Below are positions 26,425 through 39,020 of a stretch of 64,000 nt of DNA, piece by piece. This stretch comes from Octopus sinensis. Taxonomy: Eukaryota. Both the position numbers and the translations under genes were made by a program. Under the pieces are notes generated by a model. That model made no database searches. It saw only the letters and a program-made list of their open reading frames with translations, and had not been told where the DNA came from. The number at the start of each line of letters is the position of its first letter. The first letter of the stretch is position 1. The DNA lies in NCBI RefSeq assembly GCF_006345805.1, contig NC_043007.1, positions 71,238,001 to 71,302,000 of the forward strand. Direction: 5' to 3'.

Positions 26425-27858
26425 GAAGAAAGCCACTCACCCACCCTTGAACAAACCCCTGACAGCGACATTACATTTGAAAGGCTCCACACTGAAGTAT
26501 CCGACTCACAGAATATGGCATCTGCTCATAGAAGAAGAGCTGCGACCAACTCTGCTGATGCTTCTGGTATGTATGGCGATGGTGCTGTTTCTAACTGCAT
26601 CCAACAAGACCAAATGAATGCAGTTAACCGCAGCATGGATCCCAGATCTGCTTCTCCTGCTCTTCCTCCTCCCCCGCCCCTCCCACCTGGCTTTCCGTAT
26701 GATAACACACCCGAAGAGGAGTTCCCTCTTCCGCCGCCAGACATGGCAGATGACGGTGGCGGAGGTGACACGACGGGAGGCCCACCTCCGCCGCCGCCAC
26801 CGCCCCTGCCTCCTCCTTCGCCGCCGCCGCCCCTCCCGCCACCTCTACCCTCACTGACGCCCGACACCTACTCGGCCAGTGTGGACACCGCAAACTCCGG
26901 CCGAGAAAGTCGTGATAGTGACTGTACAAGTGCTAATAGCGTGCAGTTCACTCCTCCGCCACCTCTTTCTTCGACGCCACCTCCTCCTCCTCCACCTCCT
27001 CTGCCCAGCAATGATGCAAGCACGATGCCATACTGGAATGATCCTGCTGAGCAGTCACCCTCCCCAGCTTCTTGTGTAACTAGTACCATTACTCCTAATA
27101 CTGTTGATGCTGCCACTAATCCAACTCCCTCTCCCCCTACTTTTTCTACCAAATCTACTAGCCCTACTACCAAGCATGTTACTACTACCACTCAAACAAC
27201 TTGCGCAGATAAGTCAATCCAGGCCACTCTTCCTGATCCATGCTATTCTGCTGAAATATATATGCAATCTGCATTTTGTCCTGTTGCAGCTTTGTCAATG
27301 GAGAGTCCACCAACACTACCACCTCCACCACCTCCACTAATGGTTAATGGTATTGCACCTTCACCTCCTTTACCCCCACCACCTCCACAACAGCCAACAG
27401 ATGCACAGGATCAGCAAAGGACAGCAGTTAGTGTCACAAATGGCAGCAGTAACCAGACATTAAATTCCGAAGATCCCGACAGTCTGTTGCAGCAAATATC
27501 ATCAAGCAACAGTATTGGCCAAAACCAAAAAATCTCTCTCAATATTGATCAAACCAAACGGAATTCTTCTTTACTTCCGGCGAATGGGACTGCTGATACC
27601 AACAGACACATAGGCAATGATCTTCAGGAAAACAAGTTAATTCTGCCAAGGGAAAACTTAAAAGATTCAAACCGTCGCTCGTACCTCACTGGAGATTTGT
27701 CCCCTGAAATGATTGAGAGTTTTACAAGCACAGGGTCCACAGACCAGGACCAGGTCTACTACGACATTGTGGAGTATGCTGAGAAACATTTCAATGACCA
27801 CATCAAGGAATCTACAGGGACTGTTATGAAATCATTAAAGAAAAGAAAATCCATGCAG
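26425..27858 (+). CDS. Internal coding exon (478 codons, phase 0/0) of a MyTH4-FERM unconventional myosin, class XXII-like: long proline-rich tail segment ending at the lead-in to a MyTH4 domain
   Basis: Lies in the only long non-repeat ORF (26335-27900). Acceptor ttgttttgtatttacag|GAA at 26424/5, donor CAG|gtaagt at 27858/9. C-terminal YYDIVEYAEKHFNDHIKESTGTVMKSLKKRKSMQ resembles the segment preceding the second MyTH4 domain in invertebrate class-XXII myosins (recalled similarity). Confidence 0.85.
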
Positions 27859-28117
27859 GTAAGTTCTATTTTGTTATTCACTATAATATGTAATATATAA
27901 TATGTAAGAATATTTGATAAGAAATTCACAAAGTTCTAGTTGAATCATTAAAATGAATATAAAATTAGATCAGACCTCCATTATATTTCAGTTTATATTC
28001 TTTCCTAGTTTCTTAAATGATTTACAAGAATCAACATTAACCCTTTTGTTACCATATTTCCACTGAAATACTCTGCCTTTGTTTCAATTCATTTTGAAAA
28101 CAAGGAAGAATTTTGCA

Positions 28118-28459
28118 ACTCTTTTACTTGTTTCAGTCATTTGTCTGTGGTCATGATGGAGCACCACCTTTAGTTGAGCAAATCGACCCCAGGACTTATT
28201 CTTTGTAAGCTTAGTACTTATTCTATCATTTTCTTTTGCCAAACCACTAAGTACGGGGACATAAACACAGACACACAAACACATATACATATATACAATG
28301 GGCTTCTTTCAGTTTCTGTCTACCAAATCCACTCATAAGGCTTTGGTTGGCCCAAGGCTATAGTAGAAGACACTTGCCCAAGGTGCCACACAGTGGGATT
28401 GAACCAGGGACCATGTGGTTCGTAAGCAAGCTACTTACCACACAGCCACTCCTACGCCT
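28118..28459 (-). mobile_element. SINE family A (inverted)
   Basis: Reverse complement of family A, with a small internal deletion. Confidence 0.85.
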
Positions 28460-28470
28460 ATTAGTGATAT

Positions 28471-28586
28471 TTACAGCACCTAGGTTTCCCAAGCGCTCAC
28501 CCATCTAAGTACTAACTAGGCTCAACGTTGCTTAACTTCAATGATTGAACGAGAACTGGTGCTTTCAATGTGATATGGCCATAAGC
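28471..28586 (-). pseudogene. 5S rRNA pseudogene (near full length)
   Basis: Reverse complement GCTTATGGCCATATCACATTGAAAGCACCAGTTCTCGTTCAATCATTGAAGTTAAGCAACGTTGAGCCTAGTTAGTACTTAGATGGGTGAGCGCTTGGGAAACCTAGGTGCTGTAA is colinear with molluscan 5S rRNA; box A (AGTTAAGC) and box C (GATGGGTGA) are recognisable. Many differences are CpG transitions and there is no T-run terminator. Confidence 0.92.
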
Positions 28587-29669
28587 CATATAACTTTATC
28601 ATTATTAAGCTGGTGTTAGGAACATAATTAGTTTGGTGTTTTGATTTAGATCACTTCAAAATGAGAAGTTTGCATCATATAACCAAGAGCCGTCTCAGGC
28701 AGGCTGGTCTCGAAAAGGTTAAGGAACCATCTTAGTCATGTGCAAGTTTTATTTTTCTATCAACATGTTTAAACAGGTTATTCACTAGACATCAGCAAAA
28801 CATCCTTGAAAACATTTTCCGTTGGGTTATTGGAGGATGCTGTGCAATGAACCAGTTTTATTGCATGGCAGCCACACATTAATAACATGACCATAACTTG
28901 GCTCAAGAGTTAAGTTCTTCTTTAGGAAACACTCGTCACTGGCTTTTGGGCATTTATTTGATCCTCTTAGAAGCCCAAATATGAGACATGTATGACCCTG
29001 CTCACATGTCTGAGATGGACCAGCTGATAAAGCTTTTAGATCACACCCAAGAAAAGGTCAACACAATAATTACTAACCATTCTTGGACCTTCTCAGTCTC
29101 TTCTAGCATTATTACAATAATTCCTGTTCCTTTGAACCAACAAACTATTTTCCAGCTTCTGCTATCCTTACTTTATCTCATCTCTAAAATTATATGCCGA
29201 TCACTTTGCCCAATTCATTCTCCTAAAACTGCAACCACATGGAACTACTTCTCATTCTACATTTTCCAAACAAGTTGTAATCATCCAAGTTGGATATCAT
29301 TTCAATTAAGTTGATCAATCTGAGATGGTCTATGCTTTCTTTGGATACTGACCTTCTATGTAGTAAAAGAATGTACCTCACACATTCTTTGAATATGTCA
29401 TTAGAATATTAACTGTAAACTTACGTAAATAGAGTTTATCAAAATTAAAACTTATTACAAAATTAACCCCTTTATGACTGATTATTTTGCCATAAAATTT
29501 TTTTTATTCCATGATTCTTTTGCATTGTTTTGTGAAAAAACTATATGAGAAAGATTCAAAACAGATTATAACTGTTCTTTTATTAATTGGTGTAAAAAAG
29601 AAAATTATTTTGAATCTGTAAAATAAATACATTTGATAAAAGTTTCTACTCTGTTTGTCTGTCTATCTG

Positions 29670-29731
<62 letters not shown>

Positions 29732-31516
29732 TTAATTACTGTAGTAGGATGATGCTCTTGCCAAATAAATGATGTGGAAAAGAGTTTGTTATAATTTTAG
29801 GAGTGGGCCCTCTCTTTCCCTAATTAGATCTACTTGAATGGTATCCAGGTATCTGACTGAATGAGGCATTTAACAAGCACTCCCAACCATCCTGTGGGGG
29901 GCATGTTGGACAAATATGTGAACAGTACTTTTAAAGATGATTGACAGCTGTAGCAGAATTAATTGCTTCTGTTAGCAAGTGGAGTGACTAAATAGATGTG
30001 GCAATTGGTCTGATGAAAGAACATGTAACTAAAAAGATAGAATTTAGAAATGTAGTTAGTTGTATTTTAAAATATGAGAAAAGCAGAGATCAACCAAATA
30101 TTGTGTTTCTTGTGTTTAAAAGAACGGGGAACAATTTATCAAAATCCCCAAACCCTGCTCAGCACAAACTTATATATTTAATATTAAGACAATTTATTTA
30201 CTGAATGCTTTGAACATACATACATACATACATACATACATACATACATACATACATACATACATACATACATACATACATACATACATACATACATACA
30301 TACATACATACATACATACATACATACATGCATGCATATATATATATATATATATACACACATATCCGTTATATACATGTACATGCACATATATTTATAT
30401 GTATATATCTACATATATTTATATGTATATATCTACGTATATATACATATATAATATATATATATTGATAGAGAGAGAGAGGGAGAGAGAGATATGTATG
30501 TATGTATGTGTATATATATATTTATATATTCATTCTGACAAATACCTTTATATTGAATACACATGCACGCACATACACACATTCACACAAATACCTTCAT
30601 ATTGAACATATATTATATATATGTATTCAGACAAATACCTTTCTATTGAACATTTATATTCAGATAAATACCTTTTATCTACTGAATACTGGAACATTTT
30701 CTATTCTCATGCTGAACTGTATCATTATTCGTTTCTCATCTCGCTTTTTCTTTGTGTTGTTTCTTGAACACTTGTAAATATGCACATTATATTATTTTTC
30801 ATGTAGAGATGAGCTAAACAAAGGCTCTATCTCATGGCTCATCTGCTTAATTTAGTCTTTTTCACTTCTGTTTGTCAATGTTGCTACATAAAAAAAAAAA
30901 AAGAAACCCAAAAAAGCATGAAGAGGAAAGGGGTTTCAAAGTCAAATTGTTGAGAGATGTCTATGTTAAACAGTAAATCTAGCTTTAAAGGGTTTTCTGC
31001 AATAATCAATATTAATACATAAGCAATTTCTATGTTTTATTAATAGAATATTTTTGCGAATATTATGTTTGTATTGATGTTTGTTTTGTTGTTATTGTTA
31101 TTTTTATTGTTTAACCTCAGATCAACTCTCACAAAGCAGAACTATGATCAAAACACCTTTCTACTGTAAGCCATTCTGTCATCTTCTCCTTGGTCTATAT
31201 AATCTAATTTGCCCATCCTATTTTACACTGCTTAGGTATGATTTAAGGGAGATTTGATTGGCATTTCTAGCAAAATCAAGTACATCTTATAGCTCTTCCA
31301 TTATGTTTGTTATGTGTAACGGTTATGTAACAAAACATTTATTATTCAAAATTACAACTGAATAAGTGATTAAATTTTCAGTGATTTAAATTGAATTTTG
31401 TGTTTTGTTAGGCTTGTTTACAAATTTTATATCAACAGACACATTGTTGATAATATATGTGTGCACATTTGAATATGTGTGTGTGTGTGTGTATTTACAA
31501 ACACAGAGAGAGAGGG

Positions 31517-31583
<67 letters not shown>

Positions 31584-32107
31584 AGTGGTTCACTGGATTT
31601 GTGATAGTTGGAGTGACAAGGAAATATCTAATGTGATACTGAACAAACATTTTGAGGGCTCATAAAGCTCTACTATTCCAGTTTCCTCGTGATCATATGC
31701 CTGGAAATTATATAGCCATGCTTGAAGATTTTGCTGATAGATAAGACAACAATATTTCTTTTACTGAACTCCTCTAATGTGAGATCCCACTGTTGAGTGA
31801 CTTAAGAGTTGAGACGATCAGTGAATCTGGCTTTGTGAAAGCCATACTGCTGGTCACTGAAAAGTGAGAAATTGAAGACATTGCATGATTTCATTGGTAA
31901 TGGTTGTTTCTATTACCTTAAAGATGTTAGGAGTGACTGATAGAGGGTGATAGCTGGTTGGGTGAGAGGGGCTATCTTTCTTTCAATTGGTACATACTGA
32001 AACAAGTTTCTATGTGTTTGAATACATTCCTGTAGAAAGTGAGAGAATAAAGGATTTGTTGATCATAGAGACAAGCTCTAGTGTGCAATATATATATATA
32101 TATATAT

Positions 32108-32362
32108 ATGTGGAAGTGCATGGCTTAGTGGTTAGGGTGTCAGCATCATGATCGTAAGATTGTGGTTTCGATTTCTGGACCGGGTGACGCGTTGTGTTCT
32201 TGAGCAGAACACTTCATTTCATATTGCTCCAGTCCACTCAGCTGGCAAAAATGAGTAACGCTGCAATGGACTGGCATCCCGTCCAGCTGGGGAACACATA
32301 TGCCACTGAAACCGGGAAACTGGGCCCATGAGCCTGGCTAGGCTTTAAAAGGGTGCATTTAT
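32108..32362 (+). mobile_element. SINE family C variant inserted in (TA)n
   Basis: A box tggcttagtgg, B box ggtttcgattt; tail gaaaccgggaaactgggcccatgagcctggctagg shared with 250-522. Confidence 0.75.
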
Positions 32363-32714
32363 TTTATATAATATATATATATATATACACCGGGTATTGT
32401 CAGCCAGAGCCAGCTGAGCCCCTATCCAGAGTTATGGAAAGGAGACATCCTTTAAAGAAATCTGGAGTGGAGCCCTGTAGGCATTTTAGTGTTCAACTTG
32501 ACACTCTTCCAGCAGCTCCTGCAACCAAGCTAGTGCCAAAACTTAATGCTCTGCATTTCTTTGGACTACATCAGCAAGGTCGAGAGAGGAATCCTGATGA
32601 TTGGGCTACCCATGATTTTCGTACATCTAGCCTTGACCTGCGCAAAACACCTGACTGGATTATTTTATGCACAACACCAATGTCTCTTGAGACAAAAGGA
32701 TGCCAAAAACAACT

Positions 32715-32758
<44 letters not shown>

Positions 32759-34494
32759 CATATATAAGACCCCATCTTTTTTGTACATATATTATTCTGT
32801 TCTTCATCTTTGTTCATTTATATCCCAGCAGCATTTGCTGTTGAAGCTATTAAATATTAAATGATATTATTAAGGTGTCAAAATGTCGAAATTGTGATGA
32901 TTTTTGGTTGATAATGGATGAGGGATCATCATGTTTATGTCATTTGTGTGCGTTATTTTTTTCTGTATGTTCCCCTGTTGTCTTTCTGTGTAACATTTTA
33001 CTATTGCGTGTGTGTATACAGAGGGAGAGAGAGAGAGATGAAAGTTCCTTGGGCCGTAAGCAATTCTAGAATACCTGTAAGATGTGGTGAATGATGGAAT
33101 TTGTATGTGTTACTGCAATTTTATCATAGACAGGGTCTATGCTGTTGATGTATTCATGTAACTTTTGGCTATTCCCAGCTTTGAATTTTGGGATGTTTCA
33201 GCAGCCAGGATGTTGGTGTTTGGTTGTAACTAGTGAGTGATATCTCTGGGATGTGGGATGGGCTATTAATATTACTTTCAACATTAATCTAATTTTGTCA
33301 GAATTTTTGCATCAGATGAATGTGCTATTACTCCCATCAAGTCTTTATATTACCTGGTTCTTATTGTAAATTAATGTTGAGGCAAGAGGAAAGTGTTGTA
33401 CTTGTGCAGAAAACTAGATGATGGAAGACAGAAATTATATTACTACCTCACACAGAACACACAGATAATATAAACACAAGCCACAAACAAAAAAGTATTC
33501 CCCAAATGCTGAAACAAAACAGCCAACATTAAAAATTGGAACTGAGTGGTAATGCCACCATTAACAAAGTAATGCGCATGCAAGCACACACACACACACA
33601 CATACACACACTTTATTCAGATTAGACTGTCAAGACCTAGGAATTTTGATGAATCTAAGAACTTTACCAAACACATAAAAAATTCATTAGAAAAATATGA
33701 AGAATTTTAATGTGTGTGTAAAAAATAGAAATTGTGTATAGAGATCTGCTATAAATATTTTTATTAACCATTTTCCGAACATTTTTCTCACAAGAATATT
33801 TTCTGTCATTATATTTTAATTTTCAAAATAATCCGGAATTATGTGAAATTTTGTTAAATAACAAAGTTTAAACTTAATAAAAGTGAAATGTTTATTAATT
33901 ATTGAAATCTAATATTTTCTTTTATGCAATACTGTGATTTCAGTTTCAGATTTAAATTTAACTTTGAACATTTAAATTGAGGTGATTTGAAGCTGGTCAG
34001 TATTGAAATGGTTAAAACTTTTGGCCATGTGTCTTCTACTATAGCCTTGTGAGTGGATTTGGTAGACAGAAACTGAAAGAAGCCCATTATATAGGTGTGT
34101 GTGTGTTTGTCCCCTGCCACCACTTGACAACTGGTGTTGGCCTGTTTATGTCCCTATAACTTAGCAGTTTGGCAAAAGAGATTAGTAGAATAAGTTACCA
34201 AGCTTAAAAAATAAGTGCTGGGGTTGATTTGTTTGACTAAAGAATTTCTTCTATGTGGAGCCCCTGCATGGTCAAAATCTAATGACTGAAACAAGAAAAA
34301 GAATAAAAGAATAAGTAAAAGAATAAAAGAACAAGTAAAAGAATAAAAGAATTATAGTGATATGTAACTGGCTGGTACTGAATGTGACTGTGTTAGGGTT
34401 GAAATTTTCTCTACAAGCTGTGTTCTCCTTTTGTTACTTCTACCACAACAACTGGTTTGCCTCTTTAATCCTTTCCTCTACATCCATTCTTATT

Positions 34495-34885
34495 TCTTTA
34501 TTGTCCTCAAAGGGCTAAACATAGAAGGGACAAACAAGGATAGACAAAGGGATTAAGTCGATTACATCGACCCCAGTGCTTAACTGGTACTTAATTTATC
34601 GACCCCGAAAGGATGAAAGGCATTTCAACTCAGAACGTAACAGCAGACGAAATACTTATTTCTTTACTACCCACAAGGGGCTAAACACAGAGGAGACAAA
34701 CAAGGACAGACAGATGGATTAAGTTGATTATATCGACCCAAGTGTGTTACTGGTACTTCATCTATTGACCCCGAAAGGATGAAAGGCTAAGTCGACCTTG
34801 GCGTAATTTGAACTCAGAACGTAACGGCAGATGAAATAGCGCTAAGCATTTCACCTGGCGTGCTAACATTTCTACCAGCTCGCCT
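34495..34885 (-). mobile_element. SINE family B (tandem/nested copy)
   Basis: Two consecutive body blocks ggggctaaacacagag...atcgaccccgaaaggatgaaagg. Confidence 0.8.
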
Positions 34886-35377
34886 CTACATCCATTCTGC
34901 CACATCAAACACTCCCTACTTCTCATATCTAATTCCTTTAAGCCCATCACTTCTCAATCTAAGGCACTGCAATCATTCCGTAATCTCTATCTAAGGCCAC
35001 TGTAATAATTCGAGAGCAGAATGGGTATATATTACACTTCTCCACTTTCTTTGCACCAACACTTACTCAGAACTATATTTCTTTTGAAATACACTGCTTG
35101 TCTTTCAATTAATTTTGAAAATAATGAAGGATTCATTAAAATAATTTTGCCATTATTAAGCTAGCATTTGGAGCATAAATTAGCATGAAATTTTGATGAA
35201 AGGTTTTAATTAAGCTCACTTTAAAACAGTAAATTTATATCATTGAACCAGACTGGTTTTGGGCAGATTGATATCAAAAGGGCTAAACTACGACTTTATA
35301 CTAAACTCACTTAAAATTGCTTTATAATCTAGTAATAGATACATGGGGCCTGAAAAATTGAAGTGGGTGGTCATGAC

Positions 35378-35715
35378 TGGAACACTTTTGAACATACCTC
35401 TATGTGAGAGAGAGAGAGAGAGAGAGAAAAAGAAAAAGAGAAAATGTTTTTTTCTAAAAAAACCTGGAACACTTTTGAACATACCTCTATGTGAGAGAGA
35501 GAGAGAGAGAGAGAGAAAAAGAAAAAGAGAAAATGTTTTTTTCTAAAAAAACCTGGAACACTTTTGAACATACCTCTATGTGAGAGAGAGAGAGAGAGAG
35601 AGAAAAAGAAAAAGAGAAAATGTTTTTTTCTAAAAAAACCTGGAACACTTTTGAACATACCTCTATGTGAGAGTGAGAGAGAGAGAGAGAGAAAGAGAAA
35701 ATGTTTTTTTCTAAA
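35378..35715 (+). repeat. ~87-bp tandem repeat, 4 units, each with an internal (GA)n
   Basis: tggaacacttttgaacatacctctatgtgaga(ga)n...aaatgtttttttctaaa repeated four times. Confidence 0.92.
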
Positions 35716-36284
35716 GTGGACCCAAAGAAGAGATCAGATGGTAAACTGATGGTGCTAAGCAACAACAACCGCTATTGTTTCTGGTTTGTTTTTTACTCAA
35801 GATGCTTACTAAAACTGCCTAATCCTTTTTTCTTGGAGAAGGAATCTGATCTAAAATCCCACTTTATTCATATTTTCTTCCACTAATCTTCAAAGACTTA
35901 ATCTGAACATTAATTGTATTAACCATAGCCAATTATATTTTTATCCTCTGAAGTGAAGTCACATGGCCTAGTGGTTAGGTTGTTGTACTCACAATTGCTA
36001 CTCATGGGTTCAATTCTCAGAGCAGGTGACATATTGTGTTCTTGAGCAAAACACACTGCTCTAGTGTTGTGTGGGAATTGTCATGTCAAAGAATATACCC
36101 AATGTTTCCTCCATTTGTTGTGGAAAGGTGACTAAAAGAAATCATGGTAGGATTCGCACACTGACCTCATAAAAACCCTCACCGACAATAACCACCCAAA
36201 TAAACCCATGGGTTGGTAGGTCGTCACTTGAGTTGTGTAAAGGTGTCATTATGCAGCAACATGCTGTTGCAGTGCATATCACCA

Positions 36285-36317
<33 letters not shown>

Positions 36318-37056
36318 CACCACTACTACTACTACCACCACCACCATCACCACTACTACTACCACCACCACCACCACCACTACTCTTGAGGTCTGAAGCT
36401 CTTCATCATCACTTTGCTGGCTTCTAGCTTCTTCCCAAGCATTCACTTGTGTACACATCTGACCGGTGTCAGCTTCATTAATTTCATAACAACACATGAC
36501 TGAACAATCTTATATTCAAGCATTGGTCAAGACAGACTTAACTTTGAAGAGTAATTAAAAACCCTGAAGTTCTCATCAGTTAATGTGGTTTAAAGCAATG
36601 GAAATATATTTAGAAGAAAATATTTTTAATGAAAATAGCATCTCTTCGATAATATGAACAGAAGAGGAACTGAACAGGAATTATTACAACTATTTTATTT
36701 AGAAGCAGTGACAAACAAAGACATCAGCCATTGGCATTTTTCTGTAATCTTCACTCTATTATTACTGGTTAGTTTTGTAGAAAAGTAGATTTATTAAAGG
36801 TAGTATATTTATATGGAACTAAATTATTCAGTCTTTAGGTTTGTGACAGGAAAAAAAAAAAATCTATATCAAGTCTTCAATGGTTTATAACTCATTATAG
36901 TATAGCTGGTTGCATAGCTTAAAACTAACACAGGCTCTGTCGTAATATGCTGTGTCTACTCTGTCTAGTATAGCTGCTATATTTGCTTAAAGAATAAATG
37001 CTGCAGACTGCAGTAGATTTACAAATAAAGTAAATGAATGTTTTATATACCATCAA

Positions 37057-37095
<39 letters not shown>

Positions 37096-37139
37096 TGTCA
37101 TCATCATCATTGTCATCGTCATCAACATTGCCATTGTCA

Positions 37140-38642
37140 TCATCATCATCATCATCACCATCACCATTTAATGTCCATTTTTCCATGCTGATACGGGTTG
37201 GATGGTTTGACTAGATTCATTGAGATGCAGGGTTGTGTCAAGCTACAGTGCCAGTTTTGGCATGGTTTCTACAGCTGGATGCTCTTCCCAATGCCAACCA
37301 CTTTATGGTGTGTACCGGGAACTTTTTTTTTTTTTTGTGCCACCCATGCTACTGAAGTTACCAAATAACTTGCAAGACAGGAAAAGGGAAAAGAAAAGTC
37401 CTTACTTTGACAGAGTGGAGTGGAGTATTTGAGGGGCACGAGAAATGGTTTCATGTCAAGTGATGGGAGGCTAAATTATAATAGAAGAGCAAGTGCAGGT
37501 GTCTTGCTAGAGAGAAAATACATGACTATCCCACATTATATAAGGGAAGGTCAGGGTAGCTTGGAAGAAGATAAACTGGTAGTGATGGTGTGCCAGATTA
37601 AACCTTCAAGGAGCAAGAGAAGATATGGACAGTGGAGTAGGAGAGGGAAAAGAATGGGTATGTGGAATATTTCAGGGCATTTTAGTGTTTATAGCTCTTG
37701 TATGTGTGCCACAAACAGATTCTATTTTCTCTGTTAACCTACTGTGATTCCACTGCGCATTTTGTGCATTCATTACCTGCACTGGATACACCGTGTAGGA
37801 TTCCTGCCAACATCTTTTCTACATATCAAGTAAGATCATTTACTTGAAGGGAGTGGAATCATGCCTGATTTCTTGCTTACTAGAGCTTTGTCCTTTGCTA
37901 AGTTAACTTGAAGAATCTTTGATTTCAGGTTTTCTTTCTATACCCATAATTAATTTTTTAATTCTATTACACTGTGATAGCAAGATCATTAGCATAGTAA
38001 ATTCCTCTGTTATGGCCTAAAGGAAAATAATAAATAGGAGGGGACTGAGTACCCTGGTGAACTCCTACGTGTTTGCTAAATTTATTGCTGAACTCATGGC
38101 TAAATTTCCCCTCACTGACAGCGCCGTTGTACATGGTGTGTATGGCTTTCATGAGCCATTCATCTACTCCTAGCTTTCCCAGCAAGCACCATATCACTGA
38201 GCTAGCAACTTTGTTGCAGGCTTTCTCTAGGTCAATAAATATCAAGTACAATGGCCTACCTCCTGCAGTTGTCTAATTAAGAAGATAAGCATCAGTGGTA
38301 CTTCTCCCTGGCACAAAACCAAACTGTATCTCTTATAGTCTAATTCTGTTCCTAATTAATTAGGCTATAACACTCTCCATAACCTGGTTCATCAATTTGA
38401 TACCTCTGTAATTACTTCTAAGACATCTCCTTTATCGTTGCACCAATTGACTTGGATGCTGCTACATCAGTCATTGGGGATGATACCTTCCTATACAACC
38501 TGATGGAATATGTGGTGTCTAAGTGTATCCAGCCTCACCAGATATATTATGCATCTCAGCCACAATTCCAAATTGACCAGGGGCTTCCTTCATATCCTTA
38601 ATTGCTTTATCAATCATACTGTAGGCAAGTAGGATAGCTGGT
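37140..38642 (-). mobile_element. Second, more decayed RTE-clade LINE of the same family
   Basis: KAIKDMK..APG..GIVAEM (38519-38640), FIDLEKA..V....IW..L.KLGVDEWL..GVHQG..YANDL (37967-38251), PHD remnant at ~37705-37840, and the same 3' end plus (GAT)n tail at ~37140-37350. Confidence 0.88.
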
Positions 38643-38981
38643 CTCTTCTTTGGGTCCACTTTAGAAAGAAACATTTTCTCTTTTTCTTTTTCTCTCTCTC
38701 TCACTCACACACACACGCACACATACACGATAAGAAAGATTTTCTTAAATCTATATTAAAAAATCTTTAAAAAAACACAACACAAATCTTCTGAAGGAAG
38801 ATTCTTTATTGTGTGTGTAAGCACTTTCATTATTAAATTTTTCATTCACAACAAAAGTGCTTACACACACAATATGAAACTTCTTTCCAAAATGGTCATG
38901 ACATACTGTTTTTCTCAGATTTTTAAAAATATAGTTTTAAGAAAATCTTTTTGCATGCACACATGTACATACACACACACG

Positions 38982-39020
<39 letters not shown>

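Larger units (their letters stand above)
28037..28722. mobile_element. Related piggyBac-like MITE carrying the SINE plus 5S insertion
   Basis: TTAACCCTTTTGTTACCATATTT ... CGAAAAGGTTAA. Related pieces at ~23008-23145, ~23439-23575 and ~35060-35285. Confidence 0.75.

Noticed and set aside
26526-27191. Gly-rich minus-strand ORFs
   Set aside because: Antisense shadows of the polyproline codons.
26335-27900. Formin, WASP or a standalone 521-aa intronless gene
   Set aside because: Splice sites bound the ORF and the downstream exon is MyTH4-like; no FH2 or WH2 sequence is visible.
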